A stretch of DNA of 61,041 nt, filler included. It is 6 parts of 6 records of this genome, joined end to end, with 100 filler letters (N's around TTAATTAATTAA, not from the genome) between each part and the next. Parts side by side here need not be neighbours in the genome. Positions count along the whole stretch, not along the records: positions 6,871 to 15,261 come from DRR723986_10773; positions 15,362 to 28,266 come from DRR723986_10774; 4 more parts are not named here. One strand, 5' to 3'. Below the pieces are notes generated by a model. That model did not search any database and had not been told where the DNA came from. It saw only the letters and a list, made by a program, of their open reading frames with translations. Below, in pieces: positions 10,313-22,100 of the stretch. The position numbers were made by a program, and so were the translations under genes. How positions within the stretch are numbered: the stretch's first letter is position 1; every line of letters begins with the position of its first letter.

Positions 10313-10926
10313 AGGCCTGTGTCCCCGTTCTTTTCGGTGGCAATCTGAAAGTTCACCCACTGGCGCGCACCCTCATCGTCCGGGCGGGAGATCCGGAAAT
10401 CAGAGAACGTTTCACCAATAAACGCCGGCTCTTCGCCCAGGCGTTCGAGATAGCGGGGCACCAAGTCGGCAGACCGGGTCTGGCCCTGAAGCGTAAGGGT
10501 AGCGGGGAACGACTCCAGCCGAATGCCCGTCAGCCAGAGATTATCCGGCACTTGCCGGGCCAACGCCGACAACCTTCCGGAAAAACCGGAATGACCACTG
10601 GTGGCCAGGGTTTCGATTCGCCCCAGCAGTCGTTGCCGGCGGCTGATCGTTTCCGTGACCCGAGCCAACGCGGCTTCCAGTTCCGGGTCCGGCTGGCGTG
10701 CCTGAACCTCATCCTGCAGCCGGGCGACCATCTGCTCCAACTGGCTCTTTTGCCGCTCTACTGCCAGAGCCTGAGCCTCCAGTTGCTGGCTCTGGTAGCG
10801 AACCAGGCCGGCCAGCCCGGCAACAACCACAATCACCAGTGCCAGCGCCATCAGTGCCGAAGTGGCATTCAGCTTTTGTTTGCTTGGCCGCAGCTCGGCG
10901 GTATAAAGATTTACCTGCTGCCGCAT
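10309..10926 (-). CDS. MSHA biogenesis PilN-domain protein (MshI2)
   Basis: QQVNLY start, TM, coiled coil, LWLTGIRL...LQGQT PilN domain. TAATG coupling to the upstream gene. Confidence 0.8.
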   Translation of the reverse strand: MRQQVNLYTAELRPSKQKLNATSALMALALVIVVVAGLAGLVRYQSQQLEAQALAVERQKSQLEQMVARLQDEVQARQPDPELEAALARVTETISRRQRLLGRIETLATSGHSGFSGRLSALARQVPDNLWLTGIRLESFPATLTLQGQTRSADLVPRYLERLGEEPAFIGETFSDFRISRPDDEGARQWVNFQIATEKNGDTGL

Positions 10927-11852
10927 TAATGAGCCTCCCCTACGGCCAGGCCCGCACTCCAGGCAGGAAGACACCGGCTATCCAGATCCTGCTCCAACCC
11001 AAACTCCGACCAGGCGACGGTTTCAATAGAGGCGGCCACGTAGGATGACAACATGGAGGTAAGCGGCAGCACCGAGTCTCTCGCCACCAGGCGGATCGTG
11101 GCGGGCGGCACCTGGCCCAACTGACTCTCAAAATAATCCATGGAGCGCTGAATCTCCAGGGCGAGGGACTGCACCGCGTTTTCCTGGCGGCCAGCATCGC
11201 GCAGATCGTCGTAGGACACGTCCAGTCGCCGGGACAAATACAGCGTATCGCCGCGGCAGACAACCATCTGGCCGTATCGTTCGCGCAGGTGAACCAGCGC
11301 CACACCACGGTTCGCGGTGTCCATACGGGAGGCCAGGTTTCGCAGCGCAAGTTCGGCAATATCCACTCTCACCAGCTCAAGGCCGGCGCCGTCTGCCAGT
11401 GCAACCAATTCCTGAACCAGTGACTTGCGAGCAGCAACCACATTCACCAGGGGCCCTCGCCCACGGGAAGCATCTTCCGGAAAGGAAAAAACATCGGAAA
11501 CCGCATCGGAAGGGCTGAAATCCAGGAAATCTTTCAACTTCCACTTCAGGGCATCTGCCAGCTCGCTGTCTTCAATACCCTCAGGGCGCTCCACCTGGAA
11601 AACCTGGTATTGATCGATGGGCAACACCACAACCGCGGGGGCTCCCGCCCAGCCCTGTTCGTTAACGAGAGACTCAAGGATTTCTCGACGCTTGGCCGGC
11701 AAACAATCGACAAACCCTCTGCCGAACCCCATCCCATCGGAACCCTTGGCCCAGGCGATACCATCAGGGCGAACTTCAAGACAGACCGGGGTTCTGCCAT
11801 CTGCCCGCGCAAACAAGCGGGAGACTCGGTATACAACGGAGCTCAGGGTCAT
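10926..11852 (-). CDS. mshI: MSHA biogenesis protein MshI (PilM-like part)
   Basis: YQVFQVERP, ALKWKLKD, DIAELALRNL, LALEIQRSMDYFESQLGQ motifs. Confidence 0.85.
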   Translation of the reverse strand: MTLSSVVYRVSRLFARADGRTPVCLEVRPDGIAWAKGSDGMGFGRGFVDCLPAKRREILESLVNEQGWAGAPAVVVLPIDQYQVFQVERPEGIEDSELADALKWKLKDFLDFSPSDAVSDVFSFPEDASRGRGPLVNVVAARKSLVQELVALADGAGLELVRVDIAELALRNLASRMDTANRGVALVHLRERYGQMVVCRGDTLYLSRRLDVSYDDLRDAGRQENAVQSLALEIQRSMDYFESQLGQVPPATIRLVARDSVLPLTSMLSSYVAASIETVAWSEFGLEQDLDSRCLPAWSAGLAVGEAH

Positions 11853-12013
11853 GACTTCCTTTTTGGCGAACGGTATTTGTCACGATAGCCAAGCCTAGAA
11901 GCGCTCAAACTATCGCCAACCTTTTTCACTGACTTACATAATAGTTGAGAAACCGAACGTAACTCCACGGATTTTTGATTGATTTCACGGAGATTTTGCA
12001 AGTCCGTAACAAT

Positions 12014-12039
12014 AAAGCCCGCAGAAATCGCGGGCTTTT
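12014..12039 (-). terminator. intrinsic terminator after ssb (probably bidirectional)
   Basis: AAAGCCCGC-agaaatc-GCGGGCTTTT hairpin about 25 nt past the ssb stop. Confidence 0.75.
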
Positions 12040-12063
12040 GATTCAGGACAAACTTGATATTTA

Positions 12064-12588
12064 TCAGAAGGGAATATCGTCATCAAAATCATCAATCGGC
12101 TCAGGCATGCCGCCCCCCTGCTGCTGGGGTGCCGGATTGCTGTAGCCACCAGCCTGCCCACCCTGCTGGGGCAGCGCATTGTATTGCGACTGTTGCTGCG
12201 GCCGTCCCTGGGGAGCCCCCGGATTCATGCCGCCCTCAGAGCCACGGCTGTCCAGCATCTGCATCTGGCCATTGATATCCACAACCACTTCGGTGGTGTA
12301 GACATCCTGCCCTTCCTTGTTCTGCCATTTCCGGGTCTGCAGCTTGCCTTCAATGTAGACCTTTGAGCCTTTGCGCAGATATTGCCCAGCCACCTCAGCC
12401 ACCTTGCCGAACAGCACAACCCGATGCCACTCGGTCTTCGGCACCAGCTGTCCGGTCTGGCGATCCTTGTAACTCTCGTCTGTGGCGAGGTTCAGGTTAA
12501 CCACAGCGTTGCCGTTGGGGGTATAACGAGTGTCCGGATCCTGCCCCAGGTTACCAATGAGAATTACCTTGTTTACGCCTCGTGCCAT
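12064..12588 (-). CDS. ssb: single-stranded DNA-binding protein
   Basis: [30 protein letters not shown]-terminal [15 protein letters not shown] before ATG 12588. Confidence 0.97.
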   Translation of the reverse strand: MARGVNKVILIGNLGQDPDTRYTPNGNAVVNLNLATDESYKDRQTGQLVPKTEWHRVVLFGKVAEVAGQYLRKGSKVYIEGKLQTRKWQNKEGQDVYTTEVVVDINGQMQMLDSRGSEGGMNPGAPQGRPQQQSQYNALPQQGGQAGGYSNPAPQQQGGGMPEPIDDFDDDIPF

Positions 12589-12645
12589 CGTATGCTCCTG
12601 ATCATGTTTTGCGGAGTGCCAGCCGTCCATGCCAGCATCCTGTGT

Positions 12646-14016
12646 TTAAGTACTCTTACCCTGCCGGACAAAGTCAAAGTCCGCAAGCTGATCTTCCCGA
12701 AAATGCTGACGGTCCACCTTCAGGTAGGCTGTCGATGCATTTTCTACAATCACAACGTCCTTCACGCCCGGCAGCCTTCGTAGCTGACGGTCCACGTCGT
12801 CAAAGGTATTTTCCAGCGCATCCCTCAGCTCCAGAACCAGGCTGGTCGTGTAGCTCGGGGCCGGCATGGTCAAGGCTGCCAGCAGCCACACCAGGAGGCA
12901 CCCGGCCATCAACCAGAGCACTCCCTCCACGCCAGCGCTCTGCAGCAGATAACCTCCCAGAGCTCCACCCAGAAAAGCACCAAAAAACTGGGAGGTGGAA
13001 TAAACCCCCATGGCCGTTCCCTTACTGGCAGCCGGAGCCTCTTTACTGATTAACGAAGGCAGACTGGCTTCCAGAAGATTGAACGCCATAAAGAAGAAAA
13101 ATAGCACACCCCAGGCTGCCCAGAGGCTGGCATTCACCTGAGTCAGCGTTGCTGTTGCCGCTGTCAGCAAGGCAATGGCCATGCACAGTATCGGCTTCAT
13201 TTTGCGTTTCTTTTCGCCAATGATGATAAAGGGCACCATGGCAAAGAAAGAAAGCACCATCACACTCAAATAGAACCACCAGTGGGAGCTGCTGGCCAAT
13301 CCCAACTGATCCTGAAGCATGGTCGGAAAGATCAGGAACAGGGCCGTCAGAACCAGGTGCAGCACAAAGATTCCGAAGTCGAGCCGCAGCAGGCGGCCAT
13401 CGGCCAGAACGCGCCCGACCATTTCGCGGGCAGGATGGGTATCGGCGCTGGCTTTATGGGTATGTGGCGTAGGCACCACCCTGGCGACCACCACAAGGGC
13501 CAACATGGCCATCACTGCCGTCACGTAGAAGATGCCAGACAAGCCCCAGGCCGCGCCCAGCAACGGGCCCAGCACCAGCGACACGGAAAACGACAGGCCA
13601 ATGGAAATGCCCACCGTGGCCATGGCCTTGGTGCGCTCTTCCTCTCGGGTGAGGTCTGACAGCAGTGCCATCAAAACACTGGCGATGGCACCGGCACCTT
13701 GAAGAATCCGACCGGCGATCACAACGTATATTGAGTCGGTCGACGCGGCCAGCAGGCTCCCGCTGGCAAACAGAATAAGCCCCAGGTAGATCATCTTCTT
13801 GCGGCCAACCCGATCCGACAACAGGCCGAAGGGGATCTGCAGCAGCGCCTGACTCAGGCCGTAAGCACCAATCGCCAGGCCCAATAGCGCTGGCGTCGCA
13901 CCCTGCAGGTCCGTACCCAGCAGCACAAACACGGGCATGACCATAAACAGGCCCAGCATACGCATGGCGTATACCGAAGCCAGAGCCACAACTGAGCGTT
14001 TTTCGAGCGCGTTCAT
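12646..14016 (-). CDS. MFS transporter (YajR-like)
   Basis: About 12 TM helices, GLLSDRVGRK motif A, soluble C-terminal domain. Usual uvrA-MFS-ssb synteny. Confidence 0.9.
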   Translation of the reverse strand: MNALEKRSVVALASVYAMRMLGLFMVMPVFVLLGTDLQGATPALLGLAIGAYGLSQALLQIPFGLLSDRVGRKKMIYLGLILFASGSLLAASTDSIYVVIAGRILQGAGAIASVLMALLSDLTREEERTKAMATVGISIGLSFSVSLVLGPLLGAAWGLSGIFYVTAVMAMLALVVVARVVPTPHTHKASADTHPAREMVGRVLADGRLLRLDFGIFVLHLVLTALFLIFPTMLQDQLGLASSSHWWFYLSVMVLSFFAMVPFIIIGEKKRKMKPILCMAIALLTAATATLTQVNASLWAAWGVLFFFFMAFNLLEASLPSLISKEAPAASKGTAMGVYSTSQFFGAFLGGALGGYLLQSAGVEGVLWLMAGCLLVWLLAALTMPAPSYTTSLVLELRDALENTFDDVDRQLRRLPGVKDVVIVENASTAYLKVDRQHFREDQLADFDFVRQGKST

Positions 14017-14180
14017 GCCTACCCGTGCGGTTTGAATGAATGGTGAGCGGCCGGTAACCGCAGGCGAAGCATTGTACCAGAACCACCCCGGCGACGGGAC
14101 ACCCGCACAGCGGCTCGTTCCGCACTTAGCCGGAACGACCCGAAACCGATATACTGGCAGTTTTTACCAAGCGAGGTGTT

Positions 14181-15261
14181 ATGGACCATATCCAGATCAA
14201 GGGCGCGCGCACCCACAACCTGAAAAACATCGACCTGGATATGCCAAGGGACAAACTGATCGTCATTACCGGTCTGTCCGGCTCCGGCAAGTCCTCATTG
14301 GCGTTCGATACGCTCTATGCCGAGGGCCAGCGCCGGTATGTCGAGTCGCTGTCCACCTACGCACGGCAATTCCTCTCGATGATGGAAAAGCCCGATGTGG
14401 ATCACATTGAAGGCTTGTCGCCAGCCATCTCCATCGAGCAGAAATCCACGTCTCACAACCCCCGCTCTACCGTGGGGACCATCACCGAGATCTATGACTA
14501 TCTGAGACTGCTTTTCGCTCGCGCTGGTGAACCCCGCTGTCCGGATCACGGCCAGCCGCTGGAAGCCCAGACCGTGAGCCAGATGGTTGACCAGGTTCTC
14601 GCCATGCCGGAAGGCAGCAAGCTGATGATATTGGCGCCGGTGATCCGGGATCGCAAAGGTGAGCATCTGCAGGTGATCGACACCATGCGCAGCCAGGGCT
14701 TCATCCGCCTGAGAGTGGACGGAGCGGTATACGACATAGACGACGTTCCTGCCCTGGACAAGAAGCGCAAGCACCAGATTGACGTTGTGGTCGATCGATT
14801 CAAAGTCAAGGAGGGGCTGGAGCAACGACTGGCCGAGAGCTTCGAAACCGCCCTGGAGCTGGCCGACGGCATTGCTCTGGTGGCGCCCATGAGTGGAGAA
14901 GGCGAGGAACACACCTTCTCGGCGCGCTATGCCTGCACCCAGTGCGGCTACTCCCTGAGCGAACTGGAACCTCGCCTGTTTTCGTTCAACAACCCGGCCG
15001 GCGCCTGCCCCACCTGCGACGGTCTGGGGGTGCGCCAGTTCTTTGATGCCGAAAAGGTGATCCAGAGCCCGGAAGCGACCCTCGCATCAGGAGCCATCAA
15101 AGGCTGGGACCGTCGTGCCGTGTACTACTTCCAGATGCTGACCAGTGTTGCCGAACACTACGGCATTGACCTGGAAACGCCTTGGGAAGAGCTGCCCGAA
15201 AACTTCCAGGAGGTGCTCCTGTACGGCTCCGGCAACGAGGACATTCCCTTTCGCTATGTGA
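14181..15261 (+). CDS. uvrA: excinuclease ABC subunit A (3' truncated)
   Basis: GARTHNLKN, Walker A GLSGSGKS, zinc fingers CTQC and CPTC. Confidence 0.97.
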
Positions 15262-15361
15262 NNNNNNNNNNNNNNNNNNNNNNNNNNNNNNNNNNNNNNN
15301 NNNNNTTAATTAATTAANNNNNNNNNNNNNNNNNNNNNNNNNNNNNNNNNNNNNNNNNNNN
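15262..15361. other. artificial contig-joining spacer
   Basis: N44-TTAATTAATTAA-N44. Confidence 0.98.
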
Positions 15362-16613
15362 AACCGACAAAGCCACCATGGAATTCGAAGCGGTGGACGA
15401 GGGTGTGATCGGCCAGATCTTGGTGGCCGAAGGCACCGAAGGCGTAAAGGTAAACACCGCCATCGCCCTGCTTTTGGACGACGGCGAAGACAGTGCCAGC
15501 GCCCCTGCCCCTGCCGCCGCCCCTGCCGCCGCAGCGGCGCCTGCCGCATCCGCCCCAGCAGCACCAGCAGCGCCCGCAGCACCGGCCGCCCCCGTTGCAA
15601 CCGCCACCCCCGATTGGCCCGAAGGCACCGAGCTGAAAAAGCAAACCGTGCGCGAGGCATTGCGCGATGCGATGGCCGAAGAAATGCGCCGCGATGGCGA
15701 TGTGTTTTTGATGGGCGAAGAGGTGGCAGAATACCAAGGCGCCTATAAAATCAGCCAGGGCCTGCTAGACGAGTTCGGCGCAAAACGCGTGATCGACACG
15801 CCCATTACCGAACATGGCTTTGCCGGTATCGGGGTGGGTGCCGCCTTTGGCGGGCTGAAACCGATCGTCGAATTCATGACGTTCAATTTTGCCATGCAGG
15901 CGATTGACCATATCATCAACTCCGCCGCGAAAACGCTCTATATGTCTGGCGGGCAAATGGGCTGCCCGATTGTGTTTCGCGGCCCCAATGGCGCGGCGGC
16001 CCGTGTGGGGGCGCAACACAGCCAGGATTACGCAGCATGGTATGCGCAAATCCCCGGCCTGCGCGTGGTGATGCCCTATTGCGCCTCTGATTACAAAGGC
16101 TTGATGAAATCCGCCATCCGCGATCCAAACCCGGTGATCTTTCTGGAAAACGAAATTCTCTACGGCAAATCCTTTGATGTGCCGGTGATCGAGGATTACA
16201 CCGTGCCCTTTGGCAAGGCCCGCATCTGGCGCGAGGGCCAGGATGTGACGATCGTCAGCTTTGGCATCGGCATGACCTATGCGCTAGAGGCCGCAGAAAA
16301 TCTGGCCGCAGAAGGGATCAGCGCCGAGGTGATCGACCTGCGCAGCCTGCGCCCCATCGATTACGACACCGTGCTGGCCAGCGTGATGAAAACCAACCGC
16401 TGCGTCACCATAGAAGAGGGCTGGCCCGTGGCCAGTATCGGCAACCATCTGTCGGCCACGATCATGGAACGCGCCTTTGATTATCTGGATGCGCCCGTGA
16501 TCAACTGCACCGGCAAAGACGTGCCCATGCCCTATGCCGCAAATCTGGAAAAACACGCGCTTGTCACCACCGACGAGGTCGTGGCGGCCGTTAAAAAAGT
16601 AACCTACCGCTAA
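15362..16613 (+). CDS. pdhB: pyruvate dehydrogenase E1 beta with N-terminal lipoyl domain (5' truncated)
   Basis: [14 protein letters not shown] lipoyl motif, Ala/Pro linker, [28 protein letters not shown]. Confidence 0.95.
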
Positions 16614-16626
16614 GGAGGCACAGCGC

Positions 16627-17928
16627 ATGGCAATCGAAATTCTTATGCCCGCCCTATCGCCCACGATGGAGGAAGGCACGTTGGCCAAATGGCTGGTCAA
16701 AGAGGGCGACACCGTCAGCGCGGGTGATCTGCTGGCAGAGATCGAAACCGATAAGGCCACGATGGAGTTCGAGGCGGTCGATGAAGGCATCATCGGCAAA
16801 CTGCTGGTGGCCGAGGGCACCGAGGGCGTCAAGGTGAACACCGCGATCGCGCTGCTCGTGGATGAGGGCGAAACCGTCGCTGACGCCGCCCCTGCCGCGC
16901 CCCCGGCCGCCGCCCCTGCTGCGGCCCCGGCCGCAAAGGCCGAAACCGCCGCAACACCCGCCCCTGCTGCACCTGCCAAAACAGACGGCGCGCGCGTGTT
17001 CGCATCGCCCCTGGCGCGCCGCATCGCGGCCGATCAAGGCCTCGATCTGGGGCAGATTGCGGGCTCGGGCCCCCATGGGCGCATCGTGAAAGCCGATGTC
17101 TTGGCCGCCAAGGCGCAGCCCGCCGCCGCCCCATCTGCCACTGCACCCACAGCCCCCCGCCCTGCGGCTGCCGCACCAGCGGCTCCCGCAGCACAAGGGG
17201 CAAGCGCCGATGCGGTGATGCAGATCTACAAAGACCGGCCGCACGAGGAAATCAAACTGGACGGCATGCGCAAAACCATTGCCGCCCGCCTGACAGAGGC
17301 CAAGCAAACGATCCCGCATTTCTACCTGCGGCGCGATATCAAGCTGGATGCGCTGATGGCCTTCCGCGCCCAGCTGAACGCACAGCTGGCGCATCGGGGG
17401 GTGAAATTGTCGGTCAATGATTTCATCATCAAGGCCGCCGCCCTGGCCTTGCAGGCCGTGCCCGCCGCCAATGCCGTTTGGGCCGGCGACCGGGTGCTGC
17501 AGCTGAAACCATCGGATGTTGCGGTTGCGGTCGCTATCGACGGGGGGCTGTTTACACCGGTTCTCAAAGACGCCGAAACCAAAACGCTGTCAGCACTGTC
17601 TGGTGAAATGAAAGATCTGGCCACACGGGCGCGCAGCCGCAAATTGGCCCCGCACGAATACCAAGGCGGCAGCTTTGCCATTTCAAACCTGGGCATGTTT
17701 GGCATTGATAATTTCGATGCGGTCATCAACCCGCCCCATGGCGCCATTTTGGCTGTGGGCGCTGGGGTGAAAAAGCCCGTGGTGGGCGATGATGGCCAGA
17801 TTGGCGTGGCCACGGTGATGTCTGTCACCCTGTCTGTGGATCACCGGGTGATTGATGGCGCCCTAGGGGCAGAATTGCTGCAACATATCGTGGATAATCT
17901 GGAAAACCCGATGGCCATGCTGGCCTGA
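16627..17928 (+). CDS. pdhC: pyruvate dehydrogenase E2 dihydrolipoamide acetyltransferase
   Basis: [11 protein letters not shown]...ETDKATM lipoyl domain, [10 protein letters not shown]3-binding domain, DHRVIDG catalytic motif. Confidence 0.96.
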   Translation: MAIEILMPALSPTMEEGTLAKWLVKEGDTVSAGDLLAEIETDKATMEFEAVDEGIIGKLLVAEGTEGVKVNTAIALLVDEGETVADAAPAAPPAAAPAAAPAAKAETAATPAPAAPAKTDGARVFASPLARRIAADQGLDLGQIAGSGPHGRIVKADVLAAKAQPAAAPSATAPTAPRPAAAAPAAPAAQGASADAVMQIYKDRPHEEIKLDGMRKTIAARLTEAKQTIPHFYLRRDIKLDALMAFRAQLNAQLAHRGVKLSVNDFIIKAAALALQAVPAANAVWAGDRVLQLKPSDVAVAVAIDGGLFTPVLKDAETKTLSALSGEMKDLATRARSRKLAPHEYQGGSFAISNLGMFGIDNFDAVINPPHGAILAVGAGVKKPVVGDDGQIGVATVMSVTLSVDHRVIDGALGAELLQHIVDNLENPMAMLA

Positions 17929-17948
17929 TAAAACCCAGACTTGCAAAC

Positions 17949-17976
17949 AAAAAGCTCCGCTTTTGCGGGGCTTTTT
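17949..17976. terminator. bidirectional intrinsic terminator between convergent pdhC and cysE
   Basis: AAAAAGCTCCGC-TTTT-GCGGGGCTTTTT. Confidence 0.8.
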
Positions 17977-18001
17977 GGGTTTTGGGCCAGTCGCGCCTGC
18001 G

Positions 18002-18808
18002 TCACTGCCCGCGCAACAGCTGATCCATGGTGATCGACGGGGTGGAACAGCCCGCCTCGCCCACCACCTTGGCGGGCACGCCCGCCACGGTAGATTTTGG
18101 CGGCACGTCATGCAGCACAACAGAGCCCGCCGCGATGCGCGAACAATAGCCAACCTTGATATTGCCCAGCACCTTGGCGCCCGCGCCAATCAACACGCCA
18201 TCGCCAATTTTGGGGTGGCGATCTTCTTCTTCTTTGCCCGTGCCCCCCAAAGTGACCGAATGCAACATCGACACATTATCGCCTACCACAGCGGTTTCAC
18301 CGATCACGATAGAATGGGCATGATCAATCATAATACCCCGCCCGATACGGGCGGCCGGGTGGATATCAACGCCAAAAACCTCGGATGTGCGCATTTGAAA
18401 CAAATACGCCATGTCCTGCCGGCCCTGCCGCCACAGCCAATGCGCGATGCGATAGGCCTGTAGCGCCTGAAACCCCTTGAAAAACAATACAGGCTGCAAA
18501 AACCGGTGGCACGCCGGGTCGCGCTCGTAGGTGGCAACGATGTCAGCCCGGGCCGCCTGTGCCAGATCTTTATCGCGAGAATAGGCCGCATCACAGATTT
18601 CGCGGATCAGTTGCTCGGACATTTCACCCGAGCCAAGTTTCAGCGCGATGCGATAGCCCAATGCGCATTCCAAAGTTTCGTGATGCAGCACAGAGAGATG
18701 GATCAAGCCACCCAACAAAGGTTCGGCCTGCACGGCCGCATGTGCCTCGTCGCGAATGCGCGACCAGACCGGATCAATCTCTGCCAGTTTTTTGCGCGTC
18801 TCGGCCAT
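18002..18808 (-). CDS. cysE: serine O-acetyltransferase
   Basis: RDPAC, DIHPAARIGRGIMIDH, TLGGTGKE...RHPKIG hexapeptide repeats. Confidence 0.96.
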   Translation of the reverse strand: MAETRKKLAEIDPVWSRIRDEAHAAVQAEPLLGGLIHLSVLHHETLECALGYRIALKLGSGEMSEQLIREICDAAYSRDKDLAQAARADIVATYERDPACHRFLQPVLFFKGFQALQAYRIAHWLWRQGRQDMAYLFQMRTSEVFGVDIHPAARIGRGIMIDHAHSIVIGETAVVGDNVSMLHSVTLGGTGKEEEDRHPKIGDGVLIGAGAKVLGNIKVGYCSRIAAGSVVLHDVPPKSTVAGVPAKVVGEAGCSTPSITMDQLLRGQ

Positions 18809-18881
18809 GATCTGTCCTCCGTGGTTGCACGCATCTTAACAGATAGACAGACAATATGAAAATGCAATCCACGCCCCCGCG

Positions 18882-19166
18882 TCAGCCGCCCGCGCGCCTT
18901 GCCAACGCGTTTAAGACGCAGCTGAGACAGTGCAGATAATTAGGCTGGTTCAGGGCAGGCTCGGGCGGTAGCGGCACCCCCAAAACGCGGGTGCGCAGGC
19001 TGCCATCGCCCCAATGCCGATGCACCCGCCCAAGGCGGTGAAAATAGCGATCTGCGGCATGTGCTTCGGCCAGCCAGCGCGCAATCTGCGCCGCGCGCTG
19101 GCCTGGTGGCACTGGTAACAACGCCCGTGCCGCGGCTACCAAATCCCCATGCATAACACGCCGCAT
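18882..19166 (-). CDS. hypothetical protein following GTA g15
   Basis: 94-aa ORF (MRRVMHGDLVAAARALL...HWGDGSL). Its ATG overlaps the g15 stop (TGATG). Confidence 0.7.
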   Translation of the reverse strand: MRRVMHGDLVAAARALLPVPPGQRAAQIARWLAEAHAADRYFHRLGRVHRHWGDGSLRTRVLGVPLPPEPALNQPNYLHCLSCVLNALARRAGG

Positions 19167-22100
19167 CAGCCCATCTGCACCATCAGACGGGCGCTATAAC
19201 CCGGGCCAGACACGGCCGAAACCTGCGCCACTTCGGCCTGACCCCCCCCAGGTGCCAAAGTAGCAGCTAAGGCTGCGGGCATGTCCCAATGCGGGGTGCT
19301 TAGCAGCTCTTCGTGGCGGATCTGCCCGGCTTGAAGAATGCGCAACAAATAGCGCTCGCTTTCCTCGCCCAATGGCACCTCTAAGCCCTCCCATGCATCG
19401 CCATCAATGCGGGTTCGGCGCACCCACGACAGCGCCAGCCCGCCGGCATCAGAAACCGCGCGCAGATGCACAGGCGCAAGCGGGCGCAGCCCGGCGCCGG
19501 CAAAGGCATGGCGCTGGGGGGTGAAACTGGCATCCGTGACCGGCCTGCGCGCCGGGCCGATGCGAAATTGCCGCTCGATCCCGCGCTGGCTGGGGGCCAT
19601 GGGCAGCTGTTCCACCGCTTGATCCAGCAGCACAAATCGGCTGCCCACTGGCCATTGTGCGGGCATCACCGCCTCGCTGCCCAATTGCCCACGCAACAGC
19701 TGGCGCAGCAAAAAGCGCCCCGGCGCCAACAGCTGGGCCTGGCCAAATTGAACCAGCTCCCAGCCCTCGGGGCTGCCATCGCCGATCGCGGCCAAATTGG
19801 CGCCGCTCAACAGCGCCTCGGGCGTGACCGAGGTTAAATGGCCCGAGATCAGCTGCACCTCTAACTGCCCCCCCCAATCAAAACGCCCGGGCGGGTGCGC
19901 ATCCAAAGGCGCGCTAAGCGCCCCCATGGTGGCGCGCGCGCCCACCACCAGATCCAGGCTGAAATCCTGCGCGCCACTGCCCCCATAAACCGCAACGGCG
20001 CCCTGCCACGGCTCGGCGCTGATGGCGACATGGGGGGCATGGGGCTGTTCCTGGCCGCGCATCAATGGCAGATCCAAAAATACCGCATCAACAGGCAAAG
20101 CCGCCAAAAACGGTGTCTGCCTTGGCACTGTATCTTCAAAGGCTGCGGACTGATAAAGCATTGGCGCGGCGCGGGTGGCCTCGCACAGGCGCAGGCCCTG
20201 CTCTTCGATCCGATCGATCCGAAATTGCCCGGCAACACCGGGCAAGCGCACCAAATCGCCTACCCCCAAATCCACGCGCGATGGCGGCAGAGCAAATCGC
20301 GCAACATCGCGCGCCACCCGCGCCTCGGCCAACCACCGCTCAAGCAGCTGCCGCCCCTGCGCACGCGTCATAACCAGCGGTATTTCTGTGGTGGAAACCA
20401 TATGGCTTTGGTCATCGGGCAGCACGGTTTCCTCGGCGATCACATCATAATTCCCGCCAGATTCAAAAAATTTCAGCCGCACCCGGCCCTGCATTTCGGC
20501 CTCGGCCGCGCGCGTGATCTGCACCACCGCGTCCAATTGCTGGGTTTGCACCAAATCCGCGCTTTCCAGCGATGTAGCCAACCGCCCGGTGCGCGGCAAA
20601 AACGTCAGCACCCCTTCACGGTCAGCCACATCCACCCCATAGGCCAGCATCAAAGGTTGCAGCGCGCGGCGAATATCGCTGATATCGTCCAGCACATAGC
20701 CGCTTAGCACCGCGGGCAAGGCGCTGGTATCCACCCGCGCAAGGCCGGCCAGGCCACATAACGCCTTGATCACCGACCCAACCGAACGCGTGCCCAAACG
20801 CCCTGTCACCCAATGGCCGCGCGCATGGTTTTGCCCATCATCCCACAGTTCTTGGCGCCCGGGAAATGCCGGGTATGGCCGGGCATCCCATGCCCACACA
20901 AAGGCCCGCGTCATATCGATCATCGCGCCGCCATAAACGGGCGAGATGGGGTTCACCTCGGGCCGGGCCCAATAGCCAAGCATGGCACGCAAATAGGCCA
21001 TCTGCATCGCGTCATCGCGCTGCCCGTTCGAGAAAAACGGCAAGCCCGATTCCGAGGATTTTGGATCTAAGAATTTATTGGGCTGGTTGGCCCCCTTGTC
21101 CACAGCAGGGCAGCCAAATTCGGTAAACCAAATGGGTTTCGACATCGGCACCCAAGGCGTGGGTTGTTCTTGGCGCAGGCCCGCGATGCGCTCGTGATGG
21201 GGGTTGGCCCACCAATTGCGCATGTCTTTATAGCGCCAAACCCATGGTTCGCCATAGGCGCCATCGGTAATGGGCTGGCGCTGTTGTGCTGCGCGCGCCT
21301 CGGGGCTTGGGTAATACCAGTCATACCCCTCACCGCCCTCGATACCGGCCTGCAAATACCCCAAGGCACGCCCATCGCCCCAATGCGCATCCAAATGGGC
21401 CTCGCCATCGCGCCAATCAGACAGGGGCATGTAATTGTCGATCCCGATGAAATCAATCTCGGGGTCGGCCCACAGCGGATCTAGATGAAAAAACAGGTCA
21501 TTACTGCCATCTTGGGGGTGATAGCCGAAATATTCACTCCAATCAGCCGCATAGCCCAGTTTAACATCCGCGCCCAACAGGCTGCGCACCTCGCCTGCCA
21601 AGCCGCGCAAAGCCTGCACAAAGGGAAAGCCCTGCCGCCCGCGCAGCGTGCTAAGCCCGCGCATTTCCGAGCCGATGCAAAAACTATCCACGCCCCCCGC
21701 CGCGGCACAAAGGGCGGCATAATGCAGAATAAATCGCGCATAGCCCCAATCTTCGGGGCCAGAATAAAACACCTGCCCCCCGGTGATCTGGAAATGATGC
21801 GCGCGTGCCTGCCCCATAAAGCTGGCCACCTCGGCATCGGCGGCATCTGTGCCATCAGGGCTGCCAGGCTGGCCCGGTGCAAACGCCCCGGTGATCCGCC
21901 CACGCCAGGGCAGGCGCGGCTGCTCAGCCGCCTGGCCCCATGGGTCGGGGCGGCCATTACCGCTAAGCTGCTGCATCAAGATAAAGGGGTAAAACATCAC
22001 CGCCTGGCCGCGCCCCCGCAGCAGCCGGATTGCCTGCACCACCGAGGCATCTGCCGGGGTGCCACCATAAACCGCGCGGCCATTCTCATGCGGCACAGCC

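Noticed and set aside
14152..14171. Possible gammaproteobacterial LexA box before uvrA (TACTGGCAGTTTTTACCAAG)
   Set aside because: It reads CTG-N10-CCA, so the second half-site fails. It overlaps a plain -10 hexamer.
15362..16865. Diverged direct repeat between the starts of pdhB and pdhC
   Set aside because: Paralogous lipoyl domains, normal for alphaproteobacterial PDH. Not a mobile-element repeat.
15495..17200. GCCCCTGCC-type short repeats
   Set aside because: They encode Ala/Pro linkers of PDH subunits and have no CRISPR repeat-spacer periodicity.
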